Assembly (NCBI GenBank): GCA_001782165.1
Contig: MFNV01000007.1
Location: 15,449 to 79,448 of the forward strand
DNA: 64,000 nucleotides
Source: Candidatus Levybacteria bacterium RIFCSPHIGHO2_01_FULL_41_15
Lineage (GTDB): Bacteria; Patescibacteriota; Microgenomatia; Levybacterales; UBA12049
Direction of reading: 5' to 3'
This document shows, piece after piece, positions 28,344-38,215 of this stretch; the stretch's first letter is position 1, and every line of letters starts with the position of its first letter. The notes under the pieces were generated by a model. The model ran no database searches and had not been told where the DNA came from. It was given only the letters and a program-made list of their open reading frames with translations. Made by a program: the position numbers and the translations under genes.

Positions 28344-30025
28344 CAATTTGGGGAAAGCAAAGAGGAAGGGATTATTTGCTTGGGAATTGAGGGGGAGCTA
28401 AAACGGAGTTCTGAAACCGCCTGTTTCCTGTTTTCAAAATATTCCATTTTAATATCGTATTTTTCACCCTCTGCGAGTTCGATTGTTCCGGATTTTTCTG
28501 TAACCGATTGCTCATTCCAGTTATCTATAATAAGCTGGCCCCCTACCCAAAGTCTTACTCCGTCATCGGTGCTCGCATAGAAAGTATAGGTTTCAGAAAA
28601 TTGCGAAAGTATTTTTCCGGTCCATCTTGCAGAAAATGTGTTGCTGCCAATTGATGGATCCGGCGAACCCGACCCCCAGTTGAAATTGATAGTAGGATCT
28701 ATGCGGGAAACGGTTCTGCCGGTAAAATCTTTATTGTTGTAGTAAACCGCTGATAAGCCACTTGTTTCCGGCGGCAATGAAGGGATCGGGCTTGGAGTGG
28801 GCGTGGGAGTTGACGTGGGGGTTGGCGTTAAAGTTGGCGTAGGAGTTGGGGTTGGCGTCACGAAAGATTCACAATCTAGAGCTGCACAGGCATCAATCCG
28901 ACCATATGTCCAATAATTTCCAGTTTTGGCTATTTTCTCAGCTGTTGATTCGATTTTATTTCTTACATCCTGATTATCAAAAGAAGAATTGTTTGCAAAT
29001 ACTAAACTTGAAAGAGCAGATACAAAGGGAGTTGCCATGGAAGTCCCTGATAAATATGCGTAATTGCCATTATAAGTAGAAAGAATAGAAACGCCCGGTG
29101 CTGCCAAATCAACCCACCATCCGTAGCTTGAGAAGCTTGCTTTATTATCAGACGAGTCTGTTGCCGCAACAGCAATTGAATTTGTATAGTAGGCAGGGTA
29201 TAAAGCTCTTGTATTATTGCTATTTCCGGCTGCAGCGGCAATTACGACTCCTTTCCCCCATGCATAATTTACTGCATCTCTTAAGGTTGAGGAATCAAAA
29301 TACCCTCCAAGACTAAGGTTTATGACCTTAGCACCATTATCAGCTGCCCAAATAATTCCATTTGCAATCCATGAATAGTATCCTGAACCGCTATTATCCA
29401 AAACCTTAACCGAAATTAATTTTGTATCATAGCCTAAAGAAGCAATCCCTATAGAATTATTCGTAGTTGCTGCCACAATTCCTGCAACATGCGTTCCATG
29501 TCCATCACCATCGACATCCGGGTCCCAGCTAAAATTCGCTCTTTTTACCACTTTTCCCGAAATGTCCGGGTGTGAGTCATCAATTCCCGTATCTAAGACT
29601 GCAACAGGAGCCAAATCTCCCCCATGAGTTTTATCCCATCCTCCTTCTGCTTTAATTTTGGGAAGTCCCCATTGGGATGAGTAATAAGGGTCATTTGGGA
29701 TTTCTACCTTTTTGGCAACAAAGTCCGGTTCTGCATACTTTATTTTGCTACTTTTTTTTAGCTTACCTATTGTTTCTTTTACTTTGCTTTTCGGAACTTT
29801 TACCCTTTCCGCGTTTATCCTGCCCAGCTTTTTTTCTCTTTTTGCTCCGACTGAGAAAAGGACAGTATCTTTTTCTTTTTCAGAAATTTTATCTTGGAAT
29901 CTAACCAAAACTTTATCGGAAGCAAATTCTTGAGTCTCTTGGGCTTGGGTAAAAATTATTTTAAAAGAGAGGATTAATCCTACAGTTAGGAGAAGAATAA
30001 GGAAAACTTTAGGAAGCCTACCCAT
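28343..30025 (-). CDS. thermitase-like S8 protease with PT linker and PA14 domain
   Basis: DTG / HGTHVAG / GTSMA triad; PA14 motifs FSARWTG, DDGVRL, MEYFE. Confidence 0.92.
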   Translation of the reverse strand: MGRLPKVFLILLLTVGLILSFKIIFTQAQETQEFASDKVLVRFQDKISEKEKDTVLFSVGAKREKKLGRINAERVKVPKSKVKETIGKLKKSSKIKYAEPDFVAKKVEIPNDPYYSSQWGLPKIKAEGGWDKTHGGDLAPVAVLDTGIDDSHPDISGKVVKRANFSWDPDVDGDGHGTHVAGIVAATTNNSIGIASLGYDTKLISVKVLDNSGSGYYSWIANGIIWAADNGAKVINLSLGGYFDSSTLRDAVNYAWGKGVVIAAAAGNSNNTRALYPAYYTNSIAVAATDSSDNKASFSSYGWWVDLAAPGVSILSTYNGNYAYLSGTSMATPFVSALSSLVFANNSSFDNQDVRNKIESTAEKIAKTGNYWTYGRIDACAALDCESFVTPTPTPTPTLTPTPTSTPTPTPSPIPSLPPETSGLSAVYYNNKDFTGRTVSRIDPTINFNWGSGSPDPSIGSNTFSARWTGKILSQFSETYTFYASTDDGVRLWVGGQLIIDNWNEQSVTEKSGTIELAEGEKYDIKMEYFENRKQAVSELRFSSPSIPKQIIPSSLLSPN

Positions 30026-30072
30026 TAAAAATAGATTATCAAATCATTCCCCAAAAGTCCAGCCAAAACCCT

Positions 30073-30091
30073 AATCCAGCCAGTGGCATTT
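30073..30091. repeat. 19-bp direct repeat, right copy
   Basis: AATCCAGCCAGTGGCATTT. Confidence 0.75.
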
Positions 30092-30114
30092 TTTGTATTT
30101 TTTGCCACTTTCGC

Positions 30115-30142
30115 ATCCTCCTTCGTTAAAACTTCGGCGGGA
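30115..30142. repeat. REP-like element family A, copy 3 (inverted)
   Basis: atcctccttcgttaaaacttcggcggga, just downstream of the secA stop. Confidence 0.7.
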
Positions 30143-30151
30143 CAAACCAGC

Positions 30152-32905
30152 CTATGGAATCGTGGGGTAGTGACACTTCTTCCATTTTTTTCCAGATCCA
30201 CATGGGCAGGGGTCGTTGCGACCGAGCTTTTTGGGTTTGTTCGTTATTAGTTCTTCGTTATTCGGTTTACTAATTTTCGACTGCTTGTTACTTGTTTCCT
30301 GTTGCTTGTTACTTACTTCTCTTGTCCTTAACTCTTCCGAAACTGAAGTATCGCCTGCTGCCTCAAGATGAACATGCTCACGGACAGGTGTTTGGGGTAT
30401 CTGAACTTGAATTTTATAAATTCTGTGAACTATCTCATCATCAACTGCAGCTATTAACTGCTCAAACATTCTAAATGCTTCATTCTTATATTCAACCAAG
30501 GGATCTCTCTGTCCGTACCCCCTAAGTCCTATTCCCTGCCTAAGATTTTCAACAGCATCCAAATGATCTACCCAAAGATTATCAATAACGGAAAGGGTTA
30601 CAAATCTTTCAATTTGTCTTGCCAAATCCCCACCTAGTTCCTCTTCCCGTTTTGTGTAAATATCCTTTGCGAGTTTTACCAAAAATTCTGTCTTTCCGGG
30701 AGTTCCCGAAAACTGCATCATTTGACTTGCTATTTGCTTTTTTGAAGCATCATCAAAAGGAAGTATGGTTGAAAAGTCCTCAACAATTGCCTCATCCGAA
30801 GATTCCCCGTTCTCCAAAACCTCCTGAGTCTTCATTTCTACAAGAGTTGAAATTGCATTTTCAATTTTTTCCAAGGTTTCTTCTTTTAAGAACTCGCTGT
30901 CTTTACCTTGCACCTCTAAGATGTTTCGTCTTCTCTTGTAGATTATTTCCCTCTGTTTATTCAGAACATCATCGTATTCTACCAAATGCTTTCTTATATC
31001 AAAGTTAAACCGTTCAACCTTCCCTTGTGCCTGCTCAATTGCCCTTGATACAAGACCGTGCTGAAGAGGAACATCCTCGGGCATATTAAATCTTGTCATT
31101 ATTCCTGCAATTGTATCCCCTCCAAAAAGCCTCATAATCTCATCATCGAGACCGACAAAGAAGAGAGATTTCCCGGGATCTCCTTGTCTTCCTGATCTTC
31201 CCCTAAGCTGGTTATCAATTCTTCTTGATTCATGCCTTTCGGTTCCTATTACATAAAGTCCTCCGAGTTTTACAATTTCATCATGTTTTTTTTCCCAGTC
31301 TTTCCATTCCCTTGAGTCTTTATCCTCTTTTCCATCCTTTCCTTTTGGAGTATCTCCTCCCAAGATAATATCAACACCTCTTCCTGCCATATTTGTTGCA
31401 ACAGTTATTGCTCCTTTTGCTCCTGCTTTTGCGATAATTTCTGCTTCTCTTTCATGATTTTTGGCATTTAGAAGCTCATGTCTTATCCCTCGCCTCTTAA
31501 GCAGCTCGGAAATGATTTCATTTTTTTCAATAGACGTAGTTCCTACCAAGACCGGCTGTCCTTTCTTGTAAGCTTCTTCTATTTCGTTGGCAACTGCCGT
31601 AAGCTTGGCCCTTGCGGTTTTGTAAACGGAATCAGACAAATCCTTTCTTATCATTGGCTTATTTGTAGGTATAACAACAACATCAAGTTTATAAATCTTA
31701 TGGAATTCTTCCGCCTCAGTTACTGCTGTTCCTGTCATTCCAGCCAATTTTTCATACATTCTGAAATAATTTTGAAGAGAAACGGTTGCCAGTATCTTTG
31801 ACTCCTTTTGAACAGGGACCCCCTCTTTTGCCTCAATTGCCTGATGAAGACCCTCCGAAAGTCTTCTTCCCTCCATGAGTCTTCCTGTAAACTCATCGAC
31901 TAAGATTACCTGATTCTCTTTGACTATATAGTCCTTTTCTTTTTGAAATAATGTCCTTGCTTTAAGAGCTGCTTCCAAGTGATAAACAATGTCAAAATCC
32001 TTCTCATAAACGTTTGATATCCCGTAAAGTTTCTCAATTTTTCCAATTCCGTGATCCGTAAGATGAGCGGTTCGCAATTTTTCATCAACTTTATAATCCA
32101 TATCCTGTGTTAATTTCTCAACCAATTTTGCATATTCGTAGTACCTTTGAGCAGGAGCCTCATCGGGAGCAGAAATTATATGAGGAGTTCTTGCTTCATC
32201 AATGAGAACTGAGTCAACCTCATCAACAATTGCATAAAAATGTCCTTTTTGAACAACATCTTCTATGCTCTGTACCATATTATCCCGAAGATAATCAAAT
32301 CCGAATTCAGAATTGATTCCATAAACAATATCTGCATTATAAGCCTCTCTTCGGCTTATGGACTTAAGATGAGAAAGTCTAAAATCCCAAGCCTTAGGAT
32401 CCAAATGCTTAGGATCGTAGACAAAAGACTCTTCATTAATAATCGATGAAACCGAAAGGCCGAGAAGATTAAATATCGGACCCATCCATCCGCAATCACG
32501 TCTTGCCAAATAATCATTGACTGTTACTAAATGAACATTTTTCCCGGTCAGGCTATTGAGGTACAGCGCAGGAACAGCAGATAGGGTTTTTCCTTCTCCA
32601 GTTTTCTGCTCGGCAATTCTACCATGCGCAAGAACAGTTCCTGCCATAAGCTGGACATCAAAATGTCTCTGTCCGATTGTTCTTCTTGCGGCTTCCCGAA
32701 CAAGTGCAAAGGCCTCTGGAAGTATTAAATCCAAAGATTCTCCATCTGAAACTCTTTGTTTAAATTTTTGAGTTTCCTTGGCAAAGTTTTCGTCCTTTAA
32801 TTTTTTAACCTTTTCTTCCAAAGAATTTATTTCGGAGATAATAGGCTTTAACTTGTCAATTTCTTTTTCGTTGGAATTAAAAATTTTGGTGAATATTGAA
32901 ACCAT
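30152..32905 (-). CDS. secA: preprotein translocase ATPase SecA
   Basis: TGEGKT, DEVDSVLIDEARTP, ATNMAGRG, QLRGRSGRQGD, SEC-C GRNDPCPCGSGKKWKKCH. Confidence 0.98.
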   Translation of the reverse strand: MVSIFTKIFNSNEKEIDKLKPIISEINSLEEKVKKLKDENFAKETQKFKQRVSDGESLDLILPEAFALVREAARRTIGQRHFDVQLMAGTVLAHGRIAEQKTGEGKTLSAVPALYLNSLTGKNVHLVTVNDYLARRDCGWMGPIFNLLGLSVSSIINEESFVYDPKHLDPKAWDFRLSHLKSISRREAYNADIVYGINSEFGFDYLRDNMVQSIEDVVQKGHFYAIVDEVDSVLIDEARTPHIISAPDEAPAQRYYEYAKLVEKLTQDMDYKVDEKLRTAHLTDHGIGKIEKLYGISNVYEKDFDIVYHLEAALKARTLFQKEKDYIVKENQVILVDEFTGRLMEGRRLSEGLHQAIEAKEGVPVQKESKILATVSLQNYFRMYEKLAGMTGTAVTEAEEFHKIYKLDVVVIPTNKPMIRKDLSDSVYKTARAKLTAVANEIEEAYKKGQPVLVGTTSIEKNEIISELLKRRGIRHELLNAKNHEREAEIIAKAGAKGAITVATNMAGRGVDIILGGDTPKGKDGKEDKDSREWKDWEKKHDEIVKLGGLYVIGTERHESRRIDNQLRGRSGRQGDPGKSLFFVGLDDEIMRLFGGDTIAGIMTRFNMPEDVPLQHGLVSRAIEQAQGKVERFNFDIRKHLVEYDDVLNKQREIIYKRRRNILEVQGKDSEFLKEETLEKIENAISTLVEMKTQEVLENGESSDEAIVEDFSTILPFDDASKKQIASQMMQFSGTPGKTEFLVKLAKDIYTKREEELGGDLARQIERFVTLSVIDNLWVDHLDAVENLRQGIGLRGYGQRDPLVEYKNEAFRMFEQLIAAVDDEIVHRIYKIQVQIPQTPVREHVHLEAAGDTSVSEELRTREVSNKQQETSNKQSKISKPNNEELITNKPKKLGRNDPCPCGSGKKWKKCHYPTIP

Positions 32906-32940
32906 AGTCTATATATTCTAGCACAGGCTGAGGCTCATGA

Positions 32941-33002
32941 AAAACCCCACCAGACTTATTTTTCAAAATATGGCAGGGTTTTACCAACTGATCAATTGGT
33001 AA
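32941..33002 (-). terminator. hairpins downstream of the mini-ORF
   Basis: AAAACCC...GGGTTTT (32941-32982) and near-palindrome TTACCAACTGATCAATTGGTAA (32981-33002). Confidence 0.45.
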
Positions 33003-33030
33003 TGTTCCAAATTACTTACCAATTTAAAAT

Positions 33031-33066
33031 TTATCTCTTTCCTTTCTTCTTTCTTTTCTTTGCCAT
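33031..33066 (-). CDS. putative 11-aa basic peptide MAKKRKKKGKR
   Basis: SD AAGGGGGTGA (33075-33084) 8 nt before ATG; extended -10 TGCTAAAAT (33108-33116). Confidence 0.6.
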   Translation of the reverse strand: MAKKRKKKGKR

Positions 33067-33210
33067 TTATGAAATCACCCCCTTCACGTTTAAAAATTTT
33101 GACAAAAATTTTAGCATTTTTATGTTGAATAATTTAAAAAAATTTGTCAAGTAATTTACCCTGCTTCAAAAGTAGGAATTTAGACTACCAATAAAGCAAA
33201 AATCACGATG

Positions 33211-34476
33211 CTATTTTTGGGGTTTTATTGAAGTTTTTCCCATATATTTTTGCAAAACTTTTGGTACAAGAATACTTCCATCTTTTTGCTGATAGTTTTC
33301 AAGAATCGCAATAATTGTTCTGCCAATTGCAAACGCGGTACCATTTAAAATATGTACAAAGCTCCTTTCATTCCCAGCCTGGTACTTAATATTAAGTCTT
33401 CTTGCCTGAAAATCAGTGGTTGTTGAAATAGAATGGGTTTCTCTATATTTATTTTGTGAGGGCATCCATATTTCTATATCAATAGTTTCTGCTGAGGGAA
33501 ATGCCAAGTCCTGCGTTGCAAGTCTTACGAGTTGATATGGTAAACCTAAATCCGCAACCAATTTTTCCGCTGTTTCTAAAAGTTTCTTTCTTTCAATCTC
33601 ATCATCCTTCGGCCGAACAAAAGAAACCATCTCAAGCTTATCAAATTGATGAACCCTGAAAATCCCTCTCGTATCTTTTCCGTAACTCCCTGCTTCTCTT
33701 CTAAAAGACGAGGAAAAAACCAGATATCTTTTTGGCAAATCTTTAATATTAAAAACTTCATCTTTATGCATCGGCACTACTGCATGCTCTCCTGTCCCCA
33801 CAAGATAAAGATCTACATTTTTTTCTTTTTTGCTTTCCGAAAGTTCGAAATCTCTGACAAAATAATAATTTTCATTTCCTCCCAGCTGCCAATAGCCAAG
33901 ACCTTCTGTTATATCGCTTTTTAAAAGAACTGGAGGCACAATAGGGATAAAATTTTCGGGCAGAAGTTTTTCCAAAACAAATTGGATGAGAGCAAACTCG
34001 AGAAGCGCAGCATCTCCTTTGAGAAAACCAAATCTTGTTCCTGAAACTTTTGCCGCTCTTTTTGTATCGATAATACCTAAGTTTTCTCCAAGTTCTAAAT
34101 GATCTTTTGGAGCAAAACTAAACTTTGGAGGCGAACCTTCTGTTTTGATAACTTCATTTTTGGAAGCGTCACCGACCGGAACCTTATGAAGCACTATGTT
34201 TGGAAGCTGTAATAAAAGCTCCTCGAGATTTCTTTCTGATATTCTTAATCTTTCCTCTTGTTTTCTTAACTCTTCTTTAATCTTTCTCCCTTTTTTAATA
34301 TCTTTTTCCGAAGCAGCTTTATTTCTTTCTTCTCGTAGTTTTTGAACAGAGGTAGATAGTTCTTTAACTTCTGTATCAAGTTTTAGAATATGGTCCGTAT
34401 CAATATCAACCCCGCGGTCTTTAATTTTTTTCTTGATTTCCTGAGGGTTTTCTCTAATTAATTTGATATCAATCAT
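33211..34476 (-). CDS. serS: seryl-tRNA synthetase
   Basis: MIDIKLIREN, FRREAGSYGKDTRGIFRVHQFDKLE, TDFQARRL, LNGT. Confidence 0.97.
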   Translation of the reverse strand: MIDIKLIRENPQEIKKKIKDRGVDIDTDHILKLDTEVKELSTSVQKLREERNKAASEKDIKKGRKIKEELRKQEERLRISERNLEELLLQLPNIVLHKVPVGDASKNEVIKTEGSPPKFSFAPKDHLELGENLGIIDTKRAAKVSGTRFGFLKGDAALLEFALIQFVLEKLLPENFIPIVPPVLLKSDITEGLGYWQLGGNENYYFVRDFELSESKKEKNVDLYLVGTGEHAVVPMHKDEVFNIKDLPKRYLVFSSSFRREAGSYGKDTRGIFRVHQFDKLEMVSFVRPKDDEIERKKLLETAEKLVADLGLPYQLVRLATQDLAFPSAETIDIEIWMPSQNKYRETHSISTTTDFQARRLNIKYQAGNERSFVHILNGTAFAIGRTIIAILENYQQKDGSILVPKVLQKYMGKTSIKPQK

Positions 34477-34491
34477 TCTTAAATCTTAAAT

Positions 34492-35103
34492 CTAAATTCC
34501 CAATTCCTTCTTGATAATTGGCTTTAACTTAGTTATCGCTTTATACCTGTGATTATACAGCTTTTCTTCTTTTTCTGAAAGATCGAACTCATGATAATAT
34601 TTTTCTATCTTTGGAAGATAAAAAAAAGATCTGTAAGGGTAGCCTGTCAAAATTTTAAGAAGTGGTTTTTCTGCGATTTTTCCTTCAACTTCGCCTTTTT
34701 CACTAAAAACTTTTCCATTTGGCAAAGCAAAAGAAACTACGGTTCTGAAAAATGCCCGGCGGTTATTTTTCGGAAGATTTTGGGAGACTTTTATCATACG
34801 GGCAATAATCTTTTCATCTGTTGCTCCGCGTCCTGCCCATCTCCTGCTTTTGACACCTGGCGCGCCGCCCAGAGCATCAATTTCGATTCCTCCATCATCT
34901 GCAATCGAAGGTAGTCCTGATTTTCTTGCGTAAAAAATTGCTTTATTCCGGGAATTTTCCTCGTATGTTTCCCCTGTTTCCTCAAAATCATCCTCAATGC
35001 CGACATCTTTTAAGGAAACTATTTTAATATTGAGATTTTTAAGAAATTTTGAGATCTCTCTAAGCTTCCCCTGATTTCTGGTCGCAATAAGAACTTTTCT
35101 CAT
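34492..35103 (-). CDS. rdgB: non-canonical purine NTP pyrophosphatase (HAM1/RdgB family)
   Basis: ATRNQGKLRE, EETGETYEENS..KA, ADDGG, GAPGVKSRR, NHR. Confidence 0.88.
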   Translation of the reverse strand: MRKVLIATRNQGKLREISKFLKNLNIKIVSLKDVGIEDDFEETGETYEENSRNKAIFYARKSGLPSIADDGGIEIDALGGAPGVKSRRWAGRGATDEKIIARMIKVSQNLPKNNRRAFFRTVVSFALPNGKVFSEKGEVEGKIAEKPLLKILTGYPYRSFFYLPKIEKYYHEFDLSEKEEKLYNHRYKAITKLKPIIKKELGI

Positions 35104-35111
35104 CAGAAGTT

Positions 35112-36665
35112 TTATAAAGAAGAAACGTCCTGGAATCTTTTTTGGGCAAATTCTTTATACTCAAGTATCAGCCAGGCTGCCTTGGGACCTGAGTCTTTAC
35201 CAATCAGAGAAAGATAAATAGCCAGAAATGCTTCTTTTGAAGAAAGACCCTCTTCTTTGGCAAGCGTATAAAGTTTCTCCTGAAAATCTTCTCCCTCCCA
35301 TTTTTTATCAAGCTCTTGAATAATCTTTTTAAGATATTCTTTTTGTTTTTTGTTTAATTTCTCAACTTCAATGGGGATTTTTTGCGCAATTTCAAACTTT
35401 GCCGAATCCGGAGCATATCTTTCAAGCCAGACCTTTGCATATTTTGCCCATTCTTCGAGTTTTTCCTCCCTAATTCTGTCCGCAAGATTGGGCATCTGAA
35501 CCCACTGCACAAGGACAGAAAATCTTCTTTTGGGAGGTTTTCCAAGTTTACCAACTTGGGACAGTTCGAAAATTCTGGCAAGATCCCGGTCTGTTTTTTT
35601 TCCGCCAGAGGCGGATCGGCCTTTGGCCGAAAAATATGCATCGGATGCTTCCTGATAATCATCAAAAAGCTTGGGAATTGTATCAGCGGATGGATCAAAA
35701 TTTATTGCCTGATTAATTCGGGTTTTAACCATAAGAAATCTCAAAATCTCCGCAGGCAAAATTTCAAGCATCTCAGAAGAAGATGTACCCCGGCCTTTTG
35801 AAGAAGACATCTTTTTTCCTCCTACAAGAAAGAACTCATAGGGCAAGGGGTATGGTATCGGATAATTTATAACTTTCTGGCAGATAAGAGAGGCGATGTC
35901 ATGGGATCCTCCCCGGCTCATGTGATCCTTCCCTGCTCCTTCAACCGTGACGCCAATTACTTTCCATTTACATGCCCATTCAACTTTCCAGACAAGTTTA
36001 CCTGTTATACCGTTTCTATTGCTAAAAGGGCTTGTCTTGCCTTCAAATCCGCATCCCTTCGTCCAAGGCACTCCATCAACTCTGCATTTAAAATAAACAA
36101 ATTCGCCATCCCATTTATTTACTTTGGTTGTTGAAGCCTTTCCGCAATTTGGACAGTACACTTGAAACGGATACCAATCGTCTGAAAGTTTCTTTTTGTA
36201 AACCTTAGAATAAATGTCTCTTATAATATCTGCTTTATCGAGGCATTCTTTAATAACCGTGTTCAGCTTTCCGCTCATATATAAATCTGTCGACCATAGG
36301 ATCTCGGGACTACACCCTATTGCCTCAAATACTTTTATAAAGTCTTTTGCAAAGTAATCTGCGTAGTTCTCGAATCCCTCCTCGGGAGACGGGATTTTGT
36401 AAAGGGGCATACCTAAATATTTTTCAAATTTTTCCTTGGGAAGATAAACGGGCAAATCATCCATGGGATCGTGATTGTCAAAAATATAAGTATATTTTGC
36501 TTTTATCTTCTGATCCAAAAGCGCTTTATAAACAAGGTCCTGGATGACAACCCCACGCAAAGCCCCTACATGGATCTTTCCAGACGGGGTTTTCATATCA
36601 TCGACCCATTCAAGAGGAAGTTTTCTTTTTTTTAAATCATGTGCAACTCTATCCGCCCAAAACAT
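35112..36665 (-). CDS. lysS: class I lysyl-tRNA synthetase
   Basis: MFWAD, TPSGKIHVG (HIGH-like), CPNCG, EGAGKDH, KMSSSKG; start ATG 36665. Confidence 0.95.
   Translation of the reverse strand: MFWADRVAHDLKKRKLPLEWVDDMKTPSGKIHVGALRGVVIQDLVYKALLDQKIKAKYTYIFDNHDPMDDLPVYLPKEKFEKYLGMPLYKIPSPEEGFENYADYFAKDFIKVFEAIGCSPEILWSTDLYMSGKLNTVIKECLDKADIIRDIYSKVYKKKLSDDWYPFQVYCPNCGKASTTKVNKWDGEFVYFKCRVDGVPWTKGCGFEGKTSPFSNRNGITGKLVWKVEWACKWKVIGVTVEGAGKDHMSRGGSHDIASLICQKVINYPIPYPLPYEFFLVGGKKMSSSKGRGTSSSEMLEILPAEILRFLMVKTRINQAINFDPSADTIPKLFDDYQEASDAYFSAKGRSASGGKKTDRDLARIFELSQVGKLGKPPKRRFSVLVQWVQMPNLADRIREEKLEEWAKYAKVWLERYAPDSAKFEIAQKIPIEVEKLNKKQKEYLKKIIQELDKKWEGEDFQEKLYTLAKEEGLSSKEAFLAIYLSLIGKDSGPKAAWLILEYKEFAQKRFQDVSSL
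35601..35630. repeat. 30-nt double-hairpin element in frame in lysS
   Basis: Coding strand TCGGCC-AAA-GGCCGA TCCGCC-TCT-GGCGGA = SAKGRSASGG. Confidence 0.8.
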
Positions 36666-36714
36666 AGAATTATTATACATTCAATAAAGAGAAATTGCAG
36701 TATAAAGAGAGGTT

Positions 36715-37347
36715 TCAGCTATGGTTCTCCCAAAGCATTACTATCCCGTAATTTCGGCTTTGTTCATCTGGCTCAAAATCAGGGATGATTTTGACAACAT
36801 GCAAACCTTGTCTATCATAAAATCTTATCTCAGGATCATATATGTCGCCTTTTTCATTTTTCTTTTTTAAATAATCTTCAACAGTTATATCCCCATTATG
36901 CTTACAATAAGCATCGTATCCCGGAATTCTTGCTCCTAAAAAAAGGTATTTTAGACCTAGTTTTTCTGCTAATTCTATTTGAGATTGTATCAACATGCCA
37001 CCAATTCCTTTACCTTGACTATCCGCTGATACACCAACTGACACCACATATAATGCATTTCCAGATGGATTATGGGTTTTTTTAATCATTCCATTGCCAG
37101 TTATCTCATCCCATGTTTTTTGAGATGATGGATCGTAAGTTGTTATTTGGGATGTAGAAACACCCTTAATTTTCTCATTAATTTTTACAGTCAAAAAACC
37201 TTGAGGGAAAATCCTTAAACGTGATTTAAATTTCTCTCTTGATGCTTGAAGTTCCGGGGGCCAAGAATTTTTTTCTACGTTTAAAATTTGATCCAAGAAA
37301 TTTTCTTGTTGATTGCTCGGAGTACTTACAGCTGACTCAATTTCCAT
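36715..37347 (-). CDS. GNAT acetyltransferase (YkwB-like)
   Basis: IFPQG, WDEIT.NG..H.P.G..LYVVSVGV...QGKGIG, GARIPGY, DPEIRFY, SRNYG..M.WEN. Confidence 0.82.
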   Translation of the reverse strand: MEIESAVSTPSNQQENFLDQILNVEKNSWPPELQASREKFKSRLRIFPQGFLTVKINEKIKGVSTSQITTYDPSSQKTWDEITGNGMIKKTHNPSGNALYVVSVGVSADSQGKGIGGMLIQSQIELAEKLGLKYLFLGARIPGYDAYCKHNGDITVEDYLKKKNEKGDIYDPEIRFYDRQGLHVVKIIPDFEPDEQSRNYGIVMLWENHS

Positions 37348-37361
37348 TGTTTTTATTGATC

Positions 37362-38168
37362 TTATTTATCCTCTAGAATACCCCAAACATTTCCTTCTAA
37401 ATAAGTGGCTCCATTTCTTCCGACAACCCAAATACCAGTCTGCCCACATCTCCATACGTCTGGGCGCATTTTTCTCCATTTCTCAGGAAAATATGTTCTC
37501 CTATACTCCTCAAATTCCTCCATGGAAACATCAGGTACCATCATTGCAAAATCATCAACTCTTAGAACATCCATCCCATTTCTGGTTAGAGCACGTAACC
37601 AAGCATCTTGAGGCAGTCTATCTGGTCTTTTAAGATGAGAGTATGTAGTGAAATTTGCCCGAGGATTATCGTGACTATAGTCCCCGAATTGACTGGGTCT
37701 AAAGGAACCCATTATATGTTTAATGCCTAGGGTTTCCCTAAGAGTCTTGACTGCAGTTATTATGTCTCCTGTAAGTCCTTGTCCTTGAAACTCAGGATGT
37801 ATGTTTATCGACATCATAGCAACGGCATTACCGTTAGGATCGTAAGTTTCTTCATAAGTAGAGGGATACCCAGCGAGCTCATCCCAAGTTGGTAGATTGT
37901 CCGGATTTCCATCATAATTAAATCTGTTAAGAGATATGCTTGCTATTGGACGCTTTCCTTTCCAGATAGCAATCTGGCCTTCAGGAAATACTACTGCCCG
38001 CTTTGCTAAAGTTTCTGGGGATGCTCTCAGCCATGGTGCCCAATTGGGCACTTCTAGTTCTTGATAGATTCTTGCTGCTTCTTCCGGTTTGTAAGTTCTT
38101 AGTTCAAACCCATTTGACCCATCTTCTCTGGAAGATAAGCTTGGACCCGCATGCGGTAGTTCAGACAT
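37362..38168 (-). CDS. GNAT acetyltransferase, divergent paralog
   Basis: VFPEGQ, TWDEL, SINIHPEFQGQGL, DAWLRAL; likely start ATG 38168. Confidence 0.72.
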   Translation of the reverse strand: MSELPHAGPSLSSREDGSNGFELRTYKPEEAARIYQELEVPNWAPWLRASPETLAKRAVVFPEGQIAIWKGKRPIASISLNRFNYDGNPDNLPTWDELAGYPSTYEETYDPNGNAVAMMSINIHPEFQGQGLTGDIITAVKTLRETLGIKHIMGSFRPSQFGDYSHDNPRANFTTYSHLKRPDRLPQDAWLRALTRNGMDVLRVDDFAMMVPDVSMEEFEEYRRTYFPEKWRKMRPDVWRCGQTGIWVVGRNGATYLEGNVWGILEDK

Positions 38169-38215
38169 TGATCTCATTTTAGCATTTTTAAAAAAATAAA
38201 ACTACTTAGGAGGGG

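Noticed and set aside
28781-28860. Tandem repeat in the S8-PA14 gene, and a similar one near 15820-15880
   Set aside because: Codon-phased Pro-Thr linkers with varied third positions; ordinary protein linkers.
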